A program made the translations under genes and the position numbers. A DNA stretch of 64,000 nucleotides, taken from assembly GCA_009914755.4 (NCBI GenBank), contig CP068257.2, forward strand, positions 31,776,001 through 31,840,000, read 5' to 3'. Under the pieces are notes generated by a model, which saw only the letters and a program-made list of their open reading frames with translations, did not search any database and had not been told where the DNA came from. The stretch comes from the human T2T-CHM13v2.0 reference genome, Homo sapiens. This document shows, piece after piece, positions 1 to 15,747 of this stretch (the stretch's first letter is position 1; each line of letters starts with the position of its first letter).

Positions 1-600
1 GGGGTGCTCCTGGTGGGTGGGATATGCGGAGTGCTCAGATCAGGTGGGAACCTGCGGGTGCCCCAGGTGGGGGTCTTGCGGGGTGCCCAGGGCTAGAGGG
101 GCCCGCTGGGAGCCCGCAGCGGGGCTGGGATGGGCGGCCAGGAGTTCCAGACAGGAGCTGGGCAGCAGCAGGAAGACGGGGGGCACCCCTCCTGGCGTCC
201 TGGCCGCCGGGACACCCCTCTCCGGGAGAGGACACTCGGTGCCCCTCCGTGAAGCCGGTAACCTCGGCTGCGCCACCTCCCCCACCCGCGCGCCCGCGCC
301 GGGAAAGCCAGCGTGGCCCCAGTCTCCGAATTTCTCGGAATGAACAACAGCAAATTGAATCCAGGGCTCCGGCGGGGGCCGCCTTTGCTGGCCACTGGTT
401 CTGCAGCCTGGCGAGACTGCGCTTAGTCCCCGCCTGGAGTGCCTCCCGAAGGCCTGGCTGGAAGCTAGACTCAGTCCCTTTGTAGTAGCAGCGGTGGAGC
501 AGGGACCAGCGTCTTGGACGGGTGACCCAGACTCAATTCCGACTTTGGCCGAGGGCATGTTTGACACTGGGTGTGAAATCTAGACAGTTCCCGCGGTCAT
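1..600. promoter_or_regulatory. IFNGR2: CpG island, 3' portion (IFNGR2 promoter / exon 1 / intron 1 island); TSS and exon 1 are upstream of the window
   Basis: Very high GC and dense CpG dinucleotides in bases 1-600. No match here to the IFNGR2 exon 1 coding sequence (signal peptide MRPTLLW...), so the window starts inside intron 1. The large ORFs on both strands are GC-rich artifacts. Confidence 0.6.
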
Positions 601-695
601 AGAGATGGGGCAGCAGCATTCAGGCAGGGCTCAGAACTGTCCGGGTCCCATCAGTGTTGGGGCGGAAGAGGAAGAGTGTCAACTGAGCCAGGCAT

Positions 696-994
696 TTATT
701 TATTTTATTGTTGTTTGAGACAGGGTGTCGCTCTGTCGCCCAGGCTGGAGTGCAGTGGGCAGCATCTCAGCTACTGCAGCCTCCGCCTCCCGTGCTCAAG
801 CGATCCTCCCACGTCAGCCTCCCAAGAAGGTGGTATTATTGGCCACGCCTGGCCAATTTTTGTATTTTTTGTAGAGAGGAGGTCTCACTGTGTTGCCCAG
901 GCTGTTCTTGTACTCCTGAGCTCCAGCAATCCACCCGCCTTGGCCTCTGAAAGCGCTGGGATTACAGGCTTGAGGCACCGTGCCCAGCTGAGCC
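696..994 (-). mobile_element. Alu SINE
   Basis: Reverse-oriented Alu: T-rich tail, then gagacagggtgtcgctctgtcgcccaggctggagtgcagtgg ... gggattacaggc. Confidence 0.85.
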
Positions 995-1110
995 AGGCTT
1001 TTAAAACCGGTTCTGTCCCTACCCAGAGAGCTTCTTACCTGGCGGCCTCCTTAACCTCTGACACCAGCTGACCACGCTTATGAGCCAAACATAAAAACCA
1101 AAAGAAACCC

Positions 1111-1400
1111 AGGCTTGGTGGCTCACGCCTGTAATCCCAGCACTTTGGGAGGCTGAGGCAGCATCATGAGGTCAGGAGTTCGAGACCAGCTTGACCAACA
1201 TGGTGAAACCCCCGTCTGTGCTAAAAATACATAGCTGGGCGTGGTAGCGCCCGCCTGTAATCCCAACTACTCAGGAGGCCGAGGCGGGAGAATCACTTGA
1301 ACCCGAGAGCTGAGATCTCACCACTGCACTCCCGCCTGGGCGACAGAGCAAGACTCTGTCTCAGAAAAAAAAAAAAAAAAAAAAGAAAAAGAGGAAAAGA
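1111..1400 (+). mobile_element. Alu SINE
   Basis: ggcttggtggctcacgcctgtaatcccagcactttgggaggc... with a poly(A) tail at 1366-1400. Confidence 0.9.
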
Positions 1401-2009
1401 CCTTAATGACAAATGTGTGGCTAGAACATTCTTGTGTATGTATCTGCTTTTGTTTTGCTGGGTTCTTTCCCCTGGGGAGAGTGATATCATAGGAGTCTCG
1501 AGAATTTAGAAGATTCTTCCCATTCGAAGCTATAACCTTGTGTTGTGGGTTTGTTTTTTCTACCGGCATTCCTTGCAAAGGCCCATAAGTTCCGTATCTC
1601 CTTGATCTGGGGTGCCTTGCACTTGAGGAAATTATTAACTGCTTTTCCATGGGAGTCAGACAGATGGGTTCAAATCCTGACTCTGCTTCCACTTGGCTTC
1701 ACGTCTTGAGCAATCTGCATATGCCTCCTCCCTAGGCCTCCTCCTAATGAGAGTTGATGATTGTCCTAGTGTGGGATCAGCAGGCGAGTGACTTCATGCC
1801 AGAGAGGAGTGACTAGTGGTGATCTGTGGACTGTTTGTGACTTACCTGTGATGAGTCCAGAGGTTGAAAGATGTATTTAGAAACTATAGTCTGACATTGC
1901 CACAACATCCAGCTACCTGTCCATCTTGTTAATGATTAACTTTAATTGTATTCTACAAAAGTTTTGGTCTATGTGATATGTTGCAAAATAAAAAAATTTT
2001 AAAAAGTGA

Positions 2010-2320
2010 GGCCAGGCTCGGTGGCTCACACCTGTAATCCCAGCACTTTGGGAGGCTGAGGCGGGCGGATCACCTGAGGTCAGGAGTTCAAGACCAGGCT
2101 GGTCAACAATGATGAAACCCCGTCTCTACCAAAAATACAAAAATTAGGGGGCGTGATGGTACACACCTGTGTCCCAGCTACTCAGGAGGCTGAAGCCGAA
2201 GAATCACTTAAACTCAGGAGGCAGAGGTGCAGTAAGCTGAGATCACACCACTGCACTCCAGCCTGGGCGACAAGAGCAAGACTCTATCTCAAAAAAACAA
2301 AAACAAACAAATAAAAAAAC
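2010..2320 (+). mobile_element. Alu SINE
   Basis: ggccaggctcggtggctcacacctgtaatcccagc... with an A-rich tail. Confidence 0.9.
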
Positions 2321-2352
2321 TGGCTCCATTGATCCTTTGAAAAGTAGTAGCA

Positions 2353-2664
2353 GCTGGGCACGGTGGCTCATGCCTGTAATCCCATTACTTTGGGAGGCAG
2401 AGGTGAGCAGATCACCTGAGGTCAGAAGTTCCAGAGACCAGTGTGGCCAACATGTTAAAAACCCCTTCTTTACTAAAACTACGAAAATTACCCGGGCGTG
2501 GTGGTTGGCGCCTGTAATCCCAGCTACCTGGGAGGCTGAGGCAGGAGAATCACTTGAACCTGGGAGGGGAGGTTGCAGTGAGCCGAAATCATGCAACTGC
2601 ACTCCAGCCTGGGTGACAGAGCAAGACTCTGTCTCAAAAAAAGAAAAAAAAAGAAAAGAAAAGT
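2353..2664 (+). mobile_element. Alu SINE
   Basis: gctgggcacggtggctcatgcctgtaatccc... with an A-rich tail. Confidence 0.9.
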
Positions 2665-2803
2665 AGTGTAGTGCTTTAAACTAATCTCTATTTTGCAACT
2701 ATTTGAACATTTTCACATTAAACAGCTTAAAAACAAACCTAATGGATATCTTCAAAAGAAACACTCTTTTAGTCAAAACACAAAGTGAAAATATTCACAA
2801 TGA

Positions 2804-3210
<407 letters not shown>

Positions 3211-3845
3211 CGGAAACAGATTTTTTAAAGGGAGACATAGTATCTATCCCTTAGAGTTCTGTAAGAGTAGAATATGTAAAATATGGGACCTGTGGCAATT
3301 TGTAGCCATGAGCTGTTAAGTAGTGGCCGTTTGCGCTAGATAGAAAAATGTAACCAACAGCACAAGTGCAGTAAATCAACTGACCAGTTAGTTACCTGAG
3401 TGTTGAGGAATTAAGGCTTCTATTTGTAATTGTAGCAGGTGCTGCTGACTTTTTCAGGGGATTGGATATGTACTGTGCCACAGAATTTTTTATCATTATT
3501 TGCTGACTTGAACAGCCAGAGCTTCTCATATGCTTAGAGACCACCGAGAAAGACAGTAAGTCCCCAGCAACTTAAAAACCATTGCATGTGAATGTCCACT
3601 GGGTAAGCTCCTGAGTGTTCATAATCTCAGCAAGTGAAAATATCATGTAGCTGGAATGCTTTTGCCACCTTTATAAACGATCATGATAGTAACATTTATT
3701 GGTCAGACGAGATGCCAAGTGCTTTATATACATTACCTCTCTTAATTTTCTCAGCCATTCTTTCGAACTAGGTTATATCTCTAGTTTACTTCCTGGAAAG
3801 TCAAACCTTTCTTGATAGGAAGAGCCAAATAATCTAGGTCAATAA

Positions 3846-4183
<338 letters not shown>

Positions 4184-4419
4184 TAGTATTTCTTGAAGAG
4201 AACAATTTCCTGGTTATGGCTGAGGAATCAGAAAATGCCTTTTTATTTCTCATCTGCAAGGTGATGGAGGTGGGATCAATGATGTTCACCTAATTGACTT
4301 TCATCATAATGTCCCCGCCCCCAATAGAAAGATCCTAAAGGGTCAGTCCTTAATTATCAAGATTAAATGATTAATGTTAATTATATTTTATTTTATTATC
4401 TGTGTGTGATAAGTGTTAA

Positions 4420-4757
<338 letters not shown>

Positions 4758-5158
4758 CTCCTATTCCTAAATATGCATAAAGTCTGAAATGCCTGGATCT
4801 GGGATAGGTAGATCAAAGGTGTTGGGATGGGTCAGGAAGGCAGAGTTGTTCATTCACCTCTTCACTGGTTGTTAAATGGTCCTAGTGTTTGGCCCTGAGT
4901 GTATAAAAATGATTAAGACAATGAATGTAGAGAATAGTCTACTTAGAGACCTTGTCAGAATGTCTGTATTACCATGTGTACTATAATAGATACACATACA
5001 CTATGTGCCATGATTTTTCAAAAGTGCTAGAATAGAAATATTTTTAAATGTTATAGGACACTACTTGCCAGGAAGAGTTGAAGAAAGTCCAATAGAGGAA
5101 GAACAAACTGAGCTGGGTTTTGAAGCATGGAGTTTCAGATTAAAGAAAAGAAGAAAAG

Positions 5159-5446
5159 GCCAGGTGTGGTGGCTCACGCCTGTAATCCCAGCACTTTGGG
5201 AGGCCGAGGCAGGTGGATCACTAGGTCAGGAGTTCGAGACCAGCCTGGCCAAGATGGTGAAACGCTGTCTCTACTAAAAATACAAAAATTAGCTGGGCAC
5301 AGTGGCGGGTGCCTGTAATCCCAGCTACTCAGGAGGCTGAGGCAGGAGAATCGCTTGAACCCAGGAAGTGGAGGTTACAGTGAGCCTAGATCGTGCCACT
5401 ACACTCTAGCCTGGGTGACAGAACAAGACTGTCTCAAAAAAAAAAG
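5159..5446 (+). mobile_element. Alu SINE (first of a head-to-tail pair)
   Basis: ggccaggtgtggtggctcacgcctgtaatccc... with a poly(A) tail. Confidence 0.9.
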
Positions 5447-5447
5447 A

Positions 5448-5800
<353 letters not shown>

Positions 5801-6303
5801 TTATGGTATTTTAGCGAGTGGTGGTGATTGGTCTGGGATAAGATCTTGAAGGATTTTCAGCTTACTCAAGTCTGAACTCTACCCTCCATGCCAGGAATCG
5901 GCAAAGTTTTTCTGTAAAGAACTAGACAGTATGCACTCAGATGGTTACAGAAGTTTGATTAAATGGCTGATTTCTGAATTAGGTATGGCGCTTGAGACTC
6001 TGCCTAGGGAGAGTGCTCAGGTCATGCTTATATGTGAAAATGTGTCGTTATTTTTTCCTCTTGCTCTCACACATGTCCCTTGGTTTCCTAAGTGAGGTTT
6101 TGAAAATGAAATTTTGACAGTTGAGCCAAAATGCCCTCTATAAGCACGTGTATTTCCTTCTTTAAAGAATTCCCTCTCAGGAATTCCCTCTCTAATGTAT
6201 TGTAAGATTTGGGGTTCGACCATTAACGCATTAGTCCAGTTCAATAAGCTTCATTTTTTTTTGTTGGTAGCAGGGTCCATTTTATGGGCGAACATACCAG
6301 TAA

Positions 6304-6727
<424 letters not shown>

Positions 6728-6733
6728 ACAACA

Positions 6734-7061
<328 letters not shown>

Positions 7062-8174
7062 TAAAATTCATAACTCATAATCTAAAATTTATGCTCAGCA
7101 CAGCTAACTTTGGAGACCTACCAAGAATGGTGCAATGATTCAGCAGCTACTCATGGTAAGACAAGAGTATCTGGGTGTAACCTGTATGAAACCTGCATCT
7201 CACAACCACTGCTCCTTCTCCCCAGCCTTCCAGCCCTGGTGTTTCCCATCGGGGGCCATGTGGCCTGGAACACAGAGGCTGGGCTGCCCAAGGACAGGCC
7301 CCCTGGCCTACAAAAAGGACAGTCTTATCACAGATGTGCAATCCTTGGCACTTCCCTGTGGCGTCTGCAGTTCTGAGACTGATTTTCTTCTATAAATGTG
7401 AAAAGATAGGGGATGATAGGAAACCCGGATATAAGGCAGAACAATGTTGCTTGGGCCATCTCTTACACCTCAGTGAAACGGAAAATGAAGGAAATGGAAG
7501 GCTGGCATGGGAACCCCGACTTATACAGTGATGCCCTTTTGCTGTTCCACGCGTCGCTTGGGGTGGAAGCCCTTCCTTGTCCCCTCGCCACCCACCCCGG
7601 AGCCCCTTGGTGCTTCCTTTCTGAACTGAATGCTTAGACTGGGGAACTAGAGGTGCCCGGAAAGGGAAGTCGGGAAGAAGAGACTATTCCTGTTGGTTCC
7701 TCCCCAGAGATGGGAGATGGTGAACAGGCGTGTGGAGGGCGGAATAATGGTCCCCAAAGATGTCCACGCCCTCATCCTCAGAGTCCGTGAACCTGGGAAT
7801 GTGCTGCCTGACGTACAAAAGGGACTCCGCAGATGTGAGTAAGTTAAGAGCCCTGATGTGGGGAGATTGTCTTGCATTGTTGGGCCAAGTGGCCTTATAC
7901 CACCACAGGGTCCCCAAAAGATGGAGCAGAGGCAGAAGGTTCAGTACCAGGGAGACAAGAAGGATGCGGCCAACCTTGCTGGAGGAAGGTGCCCTGAGCC
8001 AAAGAATGGGAGTGGCCTCTAGAAGCTGGGAAAGGCAAGGAAATGGATTCTCCCTGGAGGCTCGAGAAGGACCCCAGCCCTGCTGATAACTTGACTTTAG
8101 TCAGTGAGACTGACTTTAAACTTCTGACCAGCAGAACTATAAGAAAATAAATTTAGATGTGATTTTTTAAAATT

Positions 8175-8355
8175 TATTTATTTTTAGAGATGGGGGGATC
8201 TCGCTATGTTGGCCAGGCTAGAGTGCAATGATTATTCACAGGCATGATCATAGCACATGCACTACAGCCTCGAACTCCTGGGCTCCAGTGATCCTCCCGC
8301 CTCAGCCCCTTGAGCAGCTGGGACTACAGGTGCGCACCACCACGCCCAGCTAAAT
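8175..8355 (-). mobile_element. Alu fragment (old AluJ-like)
   Basis: gagatggggggatctcgctatgttggccaggctagagtgcaatg...cctcccgcctcagccccttgagcagctgggactacaggtgcgcaccaccacgcccagctaa. Confidence 0.7.
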
Positions 8356-8750
8356 CTGGGTTGTGTGGAGTCACTAGGTTAGTGATAATGTGTTACAGTG
8401 ATAAGAAGAACCTAATACAGGAAATAAAAGGAGTTGTCAGATTCTTTGAATGCCCAACCCTAAGCAGACACTCACCCTGTTCCTGGAAAGAGCCGGGTCC
8501 AGCTGCGTTTTCTCATGGCCCAATAACAAGAAGCAGACAAACTAGGAAGAAAGAGAATTTATTGCTGTAACAGGAAGGTCGGAGATAATCCGACCAGACC
8601 AACTCAAAGTGTTTGATTTTCTTTGTGCTTACATAGGTTTGGGTTATGTGCCTATGTGTGGTATTGCACTAAGTCTATGAGTAACTAATTTTGTTTCAAC
8701 TAGAAAGTCAGAGGCCAAAAATGTGCTTTCTAAGTCTAATCAAGCTGTGA

Positions 8751-9117
<367 letters not shown>

Positions 9118-9887
9118 AGGAGTTTATTTCTATCTTGTCTCATTTACAGTTTGGTCCGGAGAGCTGCCTTAGACTCTCCAATAAATCTATTCAAACAGCT
9201 GCCTCTGTTATCTTGACTTGCTCCAGGTTTGGAAGAAGCCTGTGTAGGATCTGTGTTTCATTTCTGGCTTTGATGTCTGGGCGTCAGTTTCCCTGGGGTT
9301 AATTATTAGCTTAATGTGAAGGCAGCATTGTGGAAATTTCTCTGCATAGTTCGGATGCTATTCAGATCTGTCTGTGTGACTGTCATGCAGGCCTCTCTGT
9401 GTGACTGTGAGGGAGCATTGACCTGCCACCACCCCCCTCTGGAAGCATCCAGTCCCCAACTGGCTTTGGGCATTGCTAGGTCATAGCAGCCACAGCACAC
9501 CTGGTGGGCCTGCCTCTTGCCACGCAGCTTTACCTGTCTGCCTTCGGCCCAGGATGTCATGAGGCCTGCTGTGTGTCAGGAGAAGTGTTGTTAGCTGGTT
9601 GGGTGAAGGTCACCCAGAGCTCATAGGTGTGGAGGGGAGGGGCATCCTATAACTAAACAAATGGCCGCAGACTTGGCAATTCATCTTTCAGAAGAAGAGC
9701 CAGTGGTCAGGCTGTCAGCTGATCTCTTTGAGGTTGAGCGCATTTACCGAAAATGTGTGGCTTGAATTTCCTGCTTTGAATTTTGGAACAGCATGTTTTT
9801 CAAACCTTTCTTCCACCTTCTGGGCATTTCTTATTAATCTTTTTGGTCAAAAGCCTTATCTTGATTATGTTTTCTTTCTAAGACAAA

Positions 9888-10399
<512 letters not shown>

Positions 10400-10599
10400 G
10401 TGTTGTCCTCTAACTTTAATGTGTGTGAGAAGCAGCTGGAAAGCTTGTTTAAAATGCAGATTTCCTGGGGGCCTCAGGACCTGCACTTTAACCAGCACCC
10501 CTGTGATTGCGATGCTGGGGGTCCTTGAGAGACAACAACTCTGATGGTGCCCAGAAGTCGGCGTTCCTTGCCCTCCCCTGCAGCTTGGGCTTTGCGTAC

Positions 10600-10670
10600 C
10601 TGATTTAGGATGTTTGTGTGTTTGTGTGTTTTTGCGTGTGTAGTGTGTGCACGTGTGCACGTATTTGCGG
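10600..10670 (+). repeat. GT-rich imperfect (GT/GTTT)n tract with alternating purine-pyrimidine runs
   Basis: gtttgtgtgtttgtgtgtttttgcgtgtgtagtgtgtgcacgtgtgcacg. Confidence 0.7.
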
Positions 10671-11161
10671 ACATTTACCAGACACTTCCTTGGTACTAAA
10701 TCTGAAGCTAACGCGTGTCACATGATCACCACGTTAATCTTCGCCACAGCCCTGTGGGTGTATCATTATTGACCCCTTATTCCTGAAAAAGAAAACTCAA
10801 GCTCAGACAGGTGAAGTGACCTGCCCCGAGCCTAATGCAGTTACTAATGGTAGAACTGGGACCCCAGTCCGGCCAGACTCCAGGGCCCAGGACCTGTTCG
10901 TAACAACTGGGACCTGCAGGTGGAAAGGCTGCCCCAGGCGCCTCTTTTCTTTTTGTGCTGCCTGTACCAGTAGGGCCATCTTTGTAGCCAAAAGTCGGGG
11001 GTGTGGGGCCATGCCCAGGGGGACCTGGTAATGCCATTTCTGCACTTTGACAAAAACTGAGTTGTATGAATGACTTAGATAATGGACATTGAAACATTTT
11101 TGTAATTATTTCCCTCTCTCTCCTCCCTTCCTCCCTCTTCTTTTTCTCTGTCCCCCTCAAG

Positions 11162-11294
11162 ACCCTCTTTCCCAGCTGCCCGCTCCTCAGCACCCGAAGA
11201 TTCGCCTGTACAACGCAGAGCAGGTCCTGAGTTGGGAGCCAGTGGCCCTGAGCAATAGCACGAGGCCTGTTGTCTACCAAGTGCAGTTTAAATA
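11162..11294 (+). CDS. IFNGR2: IFNGR2 coding exon 2 (D25...K68; DPLSQLPAPQHPKIRLYNAEQVLSWEPVALSNSTRPVVYQVQFK)
   Basis: Exact translation match to recalled IFNGR2 protein. A 60-nt polypyrimidine tract and a cag acceptor end at 11161. Donor is gtaagc at 11295. Splice phases are consistent with the flanking exons. Confidence 0.93.
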
Positions 11295-12136
11295 GTAAGC
11301 CGGTATTTCTGTTGGATCCTTGCTGGGAGCTGTGGGGGCATCGTGCGGAACCCTGGGGCCACATACTAGTCCCTGCCTCTGTGCAGGGTTTGTTATCAAA
11401 CCCGTGGGAAACACATCGTTCTTGGAGCTTGTAAAATCTCTGAGGACAGAGGTTTCACAGCCTCCCACTCATCTGAAGGCTTAAACTACACTGGCAGTCA
11501 GGACTCCGCTGTCTAACCACACGGGTTCTTGCTTTGGTGGAAAGTTCATTCTTTCGCTGGTTTCAGGAGAAAGGTTGTAAAAATAGGCTTCCACCATGGA
11601 AGAACAGGAGGCAGCTTTTAGTCTTCATCTTCGGGCTTAAAAATCGGATTGATTTAACCTTATAGACCAAATATGGCCTGATCAGAAATTTGTTTGGTTA
11701 ATTACAATGAATTCTGAGTTTCTCAACTGGTTTTCCATTTTGCATATTATCCTGGCTCTTTCATCTGTCTCTTGCCTCTTCAAGCTTTTGCAGAATTGGC
11801 CATCACTTGATTTGCAATATAAATACATATAGAAAGAGGGCAAAGTCCACATCCTTTGTTATTTTTTGTTTACGTTGTTAAGTAGGTTAATTGAAGAGTA
11901 AGGTGAAGTTATTGGCTAAGTCATTTTGTACTATTTGGTAAACCAAATGTAAAGACATGATGATGTCCAGTGCTTGTGAGATGGGACTGGTTCATATGTG
12001 TTCACCTGATGCTGTTTGCAGAATCAATTAGCATAGCCCTTTCAAAGAGGAATTCTACCAGACATTTGAAGTCATGGAAATGTCCATAGTAGTTTTCCAA
12101 TGTGTGTGTGTGTGTGCACGTGTGCATGTGTGTCTG

Positions 12137-12434
12137 TTTGTTGTTGTTGTTTTGAAACAGAGTTTCCCTCTATCGCCCAGGCTGGAGGGCAATGGCATGA
12201 TCTCAGCTCACTGCAACTTCCACCTCCTGGGTTCAAGTGATTCTCATGCCTCCTGAGTAGCTGGGACTACAGGCATGAGCTACCATGGCTGGCTAATAGG
12301 TATATTTTTAGTAGAGATGGGGTTTTGCCATGTTGGCCAGGCTGGTCTCAAATTCCTGGCCCCATCCTCAAGTGATTTGCCCGCCTGGGCCTCCCAAAGT
12401 GCTGGGATTGCAGGCATGAGCCACCGTGCCCAGC
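12137..12434 (-). mobile_element. Alu SINE
   Basis: (GTT)n/T-rich tail, then gaaacagagtttccctctatcgcccaggctggagggcaatgg... Confidence 0.9.
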
Positions 12435-12814
12435 CTTCATAGTAGTTTTATCCTACACAGATAATTCAACCCCCCATCAAAAAAAAGAGAGACAAAAACT
12501 ATAATCATGAAGAGATACATGGAAGTGTATATTCATATCCATCAGTAGGAAAGTGACCAATTTTAGCCTGCTAACTTACGCTTGAACACTAAACCACAGA
12601 CAGCCAATAGAAAGGATAATTAGATGTCATCTGGTAGAAATTGCAACTCTGTAAACTTTGGCATGTATTTGTATTTTTTATTTCTTATTTTTGTTACTTA
12701 AAAAAATTTTTTATTCACTTTTATACTGAAAAGTTGCAAGTGGTATGTATTTATTGTCAAGAATAGAAAGGGGCCGATCATGGTGGCTCACACCTGTAAA
12801 AGAATAGAAAAGTA

Positions 12815-13360
<546 letters not shown>

Positions 13361-13367
13361 GATAACT

Positions 13368-13745
<378 letters not shown>

Positions 13746-14287
13746 TAAATCACATTGATCTGTTCCTCCAGTAGTTATAAATTACGAACATTAAGTTACC
13801 TGTAATTAATGGAGCAATCCACCAGAGCAGGCTACACAATTTGCAAGACCCAGTGCAAAATGAAAATGTGAGACCCTTTATTTAAAAAGTATTAAGAATT
13901 TCAAGATGGCAACCGCAGAGCATCAAATGAAGTGCCTTTCTGAGAACGGGCTTGATGTGAGCGCACAGGTCACATGTCAGGAAGTTGGCCCTACCCTCAG
14001 CATTCAGCAAACATTACACCCTAGAGCTAAACAAGAAGCTTGTTGTGAGAGTCACGGCTGATGTATTGACTTAGGCTTGATGCTGATTTATGGGCTCCTT
14101 GGCCTTGAACAAGGAAGTACGTTTACTGATTTTCAGAGGAGATGCTTCTAAAAATGGGATAAAACGTTATTGCATTAAAAAAAAAAACCTTTGATAGAGT
14201 TTCATTTGATAAACTAACCTGTTTCACTTTGTCTTCTTTTCAAAAAGCATTTTATAGATATTTTCTCAGGGATAAAGGTTGGTTTTA

Positions 14288-14627
14288 TTTTTTATTTATT
14301 TATTTATTTATTTTGAGACAGAGTCTCGCTCTGTCATCCAGGCTGGAGTGCAGTGGCGTGATCTCAGCTGACTGCAACTTTCGGCTCATTGCAACCTGCG
14401 GCTCACTGCAGCCTCCGCCTCGTGGGTTCAAGCGATTCTCCTGCCTCAGACTCCTGAGTAGCTGGGATTACAGGCACCCACCACTACGCCCGGCTGATTT
14501 TTATATTTTTAGTAGAGACAGCTTTTCACCATGTTGGCCAGGCTGGTCTCGAACTCCTGACCTCAGGTGATCCGCCCACCTAGCCTCCCAAAGTGCTGGA
14601 ATTATAGGTGTAAGCCATCACGCCCAG
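14288..14627 (-). mobile_element. Alu SINE with an internal short tandem duplication (about 14370-14410)
   Basis: (TTTA)n tail, then gagacagagtctcgctctgtcatccaggctggagtgcagtgg. It contains duplicated ...gctgactgcaactttcggctcattgcaacctgcggctcactgcagcctc. Confidence 0.85.
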
Positions 14628-15382
14628 CCTAGAGGTTGGTTTTAGTAAAAGAAACATAGGTTAGGGTACATGTGAATATTCCTGTTAGAAAAAGGTGAAA
14701 TCGGGGATGATTTCTTTTTCTTTTTCAGTTTGTAGATTTGATAATGGAAGAGGGCCTTTGCATTTGTTTTTAGATACTTTGTTTTAGATACAAACATGTG
14801 TTTGGGACTTTTTATTAGTTTTGAGGCTTGTGAGACTTAAATTTCCACCGTGTTTCTCTACAATAAAGCATTGCTATGATTAAAAATGAAGATGCCTTTG
14901 TTTTTTGACAGAGTATCAAGACCAAAATTACATGGAGCACTTGATGGGAGAATTTCAAGTCTAAATCATGGGTAGCAGACAGTGGCTGCAGGCTATTTGG
15001 CTCCCAGTGTTTAATTTTTTTTTTCTTCAATTTGTTGCCAACATTAAGAAATCTGGACTTTTCACTTAGAAAAAAATAATAATAAATAACAGGAAAAAAA
15101 ACCAATCCTGATGTCAGTTTTCCTTGAAAATGCAGACAGTCGGGCAGCAAGGCCCCTTCCAGATCACGCCTCCTGGTCTACTGCCAGCCCCTCTCTCAGA
15201 CCTGCCCAGCCCTGTCTTCTCAAACATTTGTTTTTCATTTTCTTCTGATTTTAATAGCAATCCATGTTCTTTATAGAAAATCTGGACAATCTAGAAAAGT
15301 AGAAGAAAATAAAATAACCTGTTGTTCTACACTCTAAGAATAATCACTATTCTCATTTTATTTTACTTTTTATTTTATCTTA

Positions 15383-15681
15383 TTTATTTATTTATTTGAG
15401 ACAGAGTCTTACTCTGTTGCCCAGGCTGGACTGCAGTGGCGTGATCTCAGCTCACTGAAACCTCCGCCGCCTGGGTTCAAGTGATTGTCCTGCCTCAGCC
15501 TTCCAAGTAGCTGGGATTACAGGCGCCCGCCACCATGCCTGGCTAATTTTTTTGTATTTTTAGTAGAGATGCAGTTTCACCATGTTAGCTAGGCTGGTTT
15601 CGAACTCCTCACCTGAAGTGATCTGCCCGCCTCAGCCTCCCAAAGTGCTGGGATTACAGGTGTGAGCCACTGCACCCAGCC
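15383..15681 (-). mobile_element. Alu SINE
   Basis: (TTTA)n tail, then gagacagagtcttactctgttgcccaggctggactgcagtgg... Confidence 0.9.
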
Positions 15682-15722
15682 ATTATTCTCATTTTAGACT
15701 TTTTTTTCTAAATTCGTTCTCT

Positions 15723-15747
15723 TGTTTGAAAATTGTGTGTGTGTGTG
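15723..15747 (+). repeat. (TG)12 microsatellite
   Basis: Uninterrupted tgtgtg... run. Confidence 0.9.

Noticed and set aside
17-567. Overlapping ORFs of 108-175 aa on both strands at the very start of the window
   Set aside because: They lie in the CpG island (very high GC, few stop codons by chance). The peptides are low-complexity Pro/Gly/Ala/Arg-rich. The real IFNGR2 exon 1 coding sequence (MRPTLLWSLLLLLGVFAAAAAAPP) is not present here.
7100-8100. Cluster of 65-108 aa ORFs in a repeat-free part of IFNGR2 intron 1 (one peptide even contains RRMRPTLLEEG, reminiscent of the IFNGR2 N-terminus MRPTLL)
   Set aside because: It is a short coincidental match only. There is no continuous similarity to exon 1, and the frame and splice context do not fit. 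I treat it as unique intronic DNA.
10777-11364. 195-aa minus-strand ORF overlapping IFNGR2 exon 2
   Set aside because: It is an antisense read-through of a known coding exon plus its polypyrimidine tract, with no independent support.
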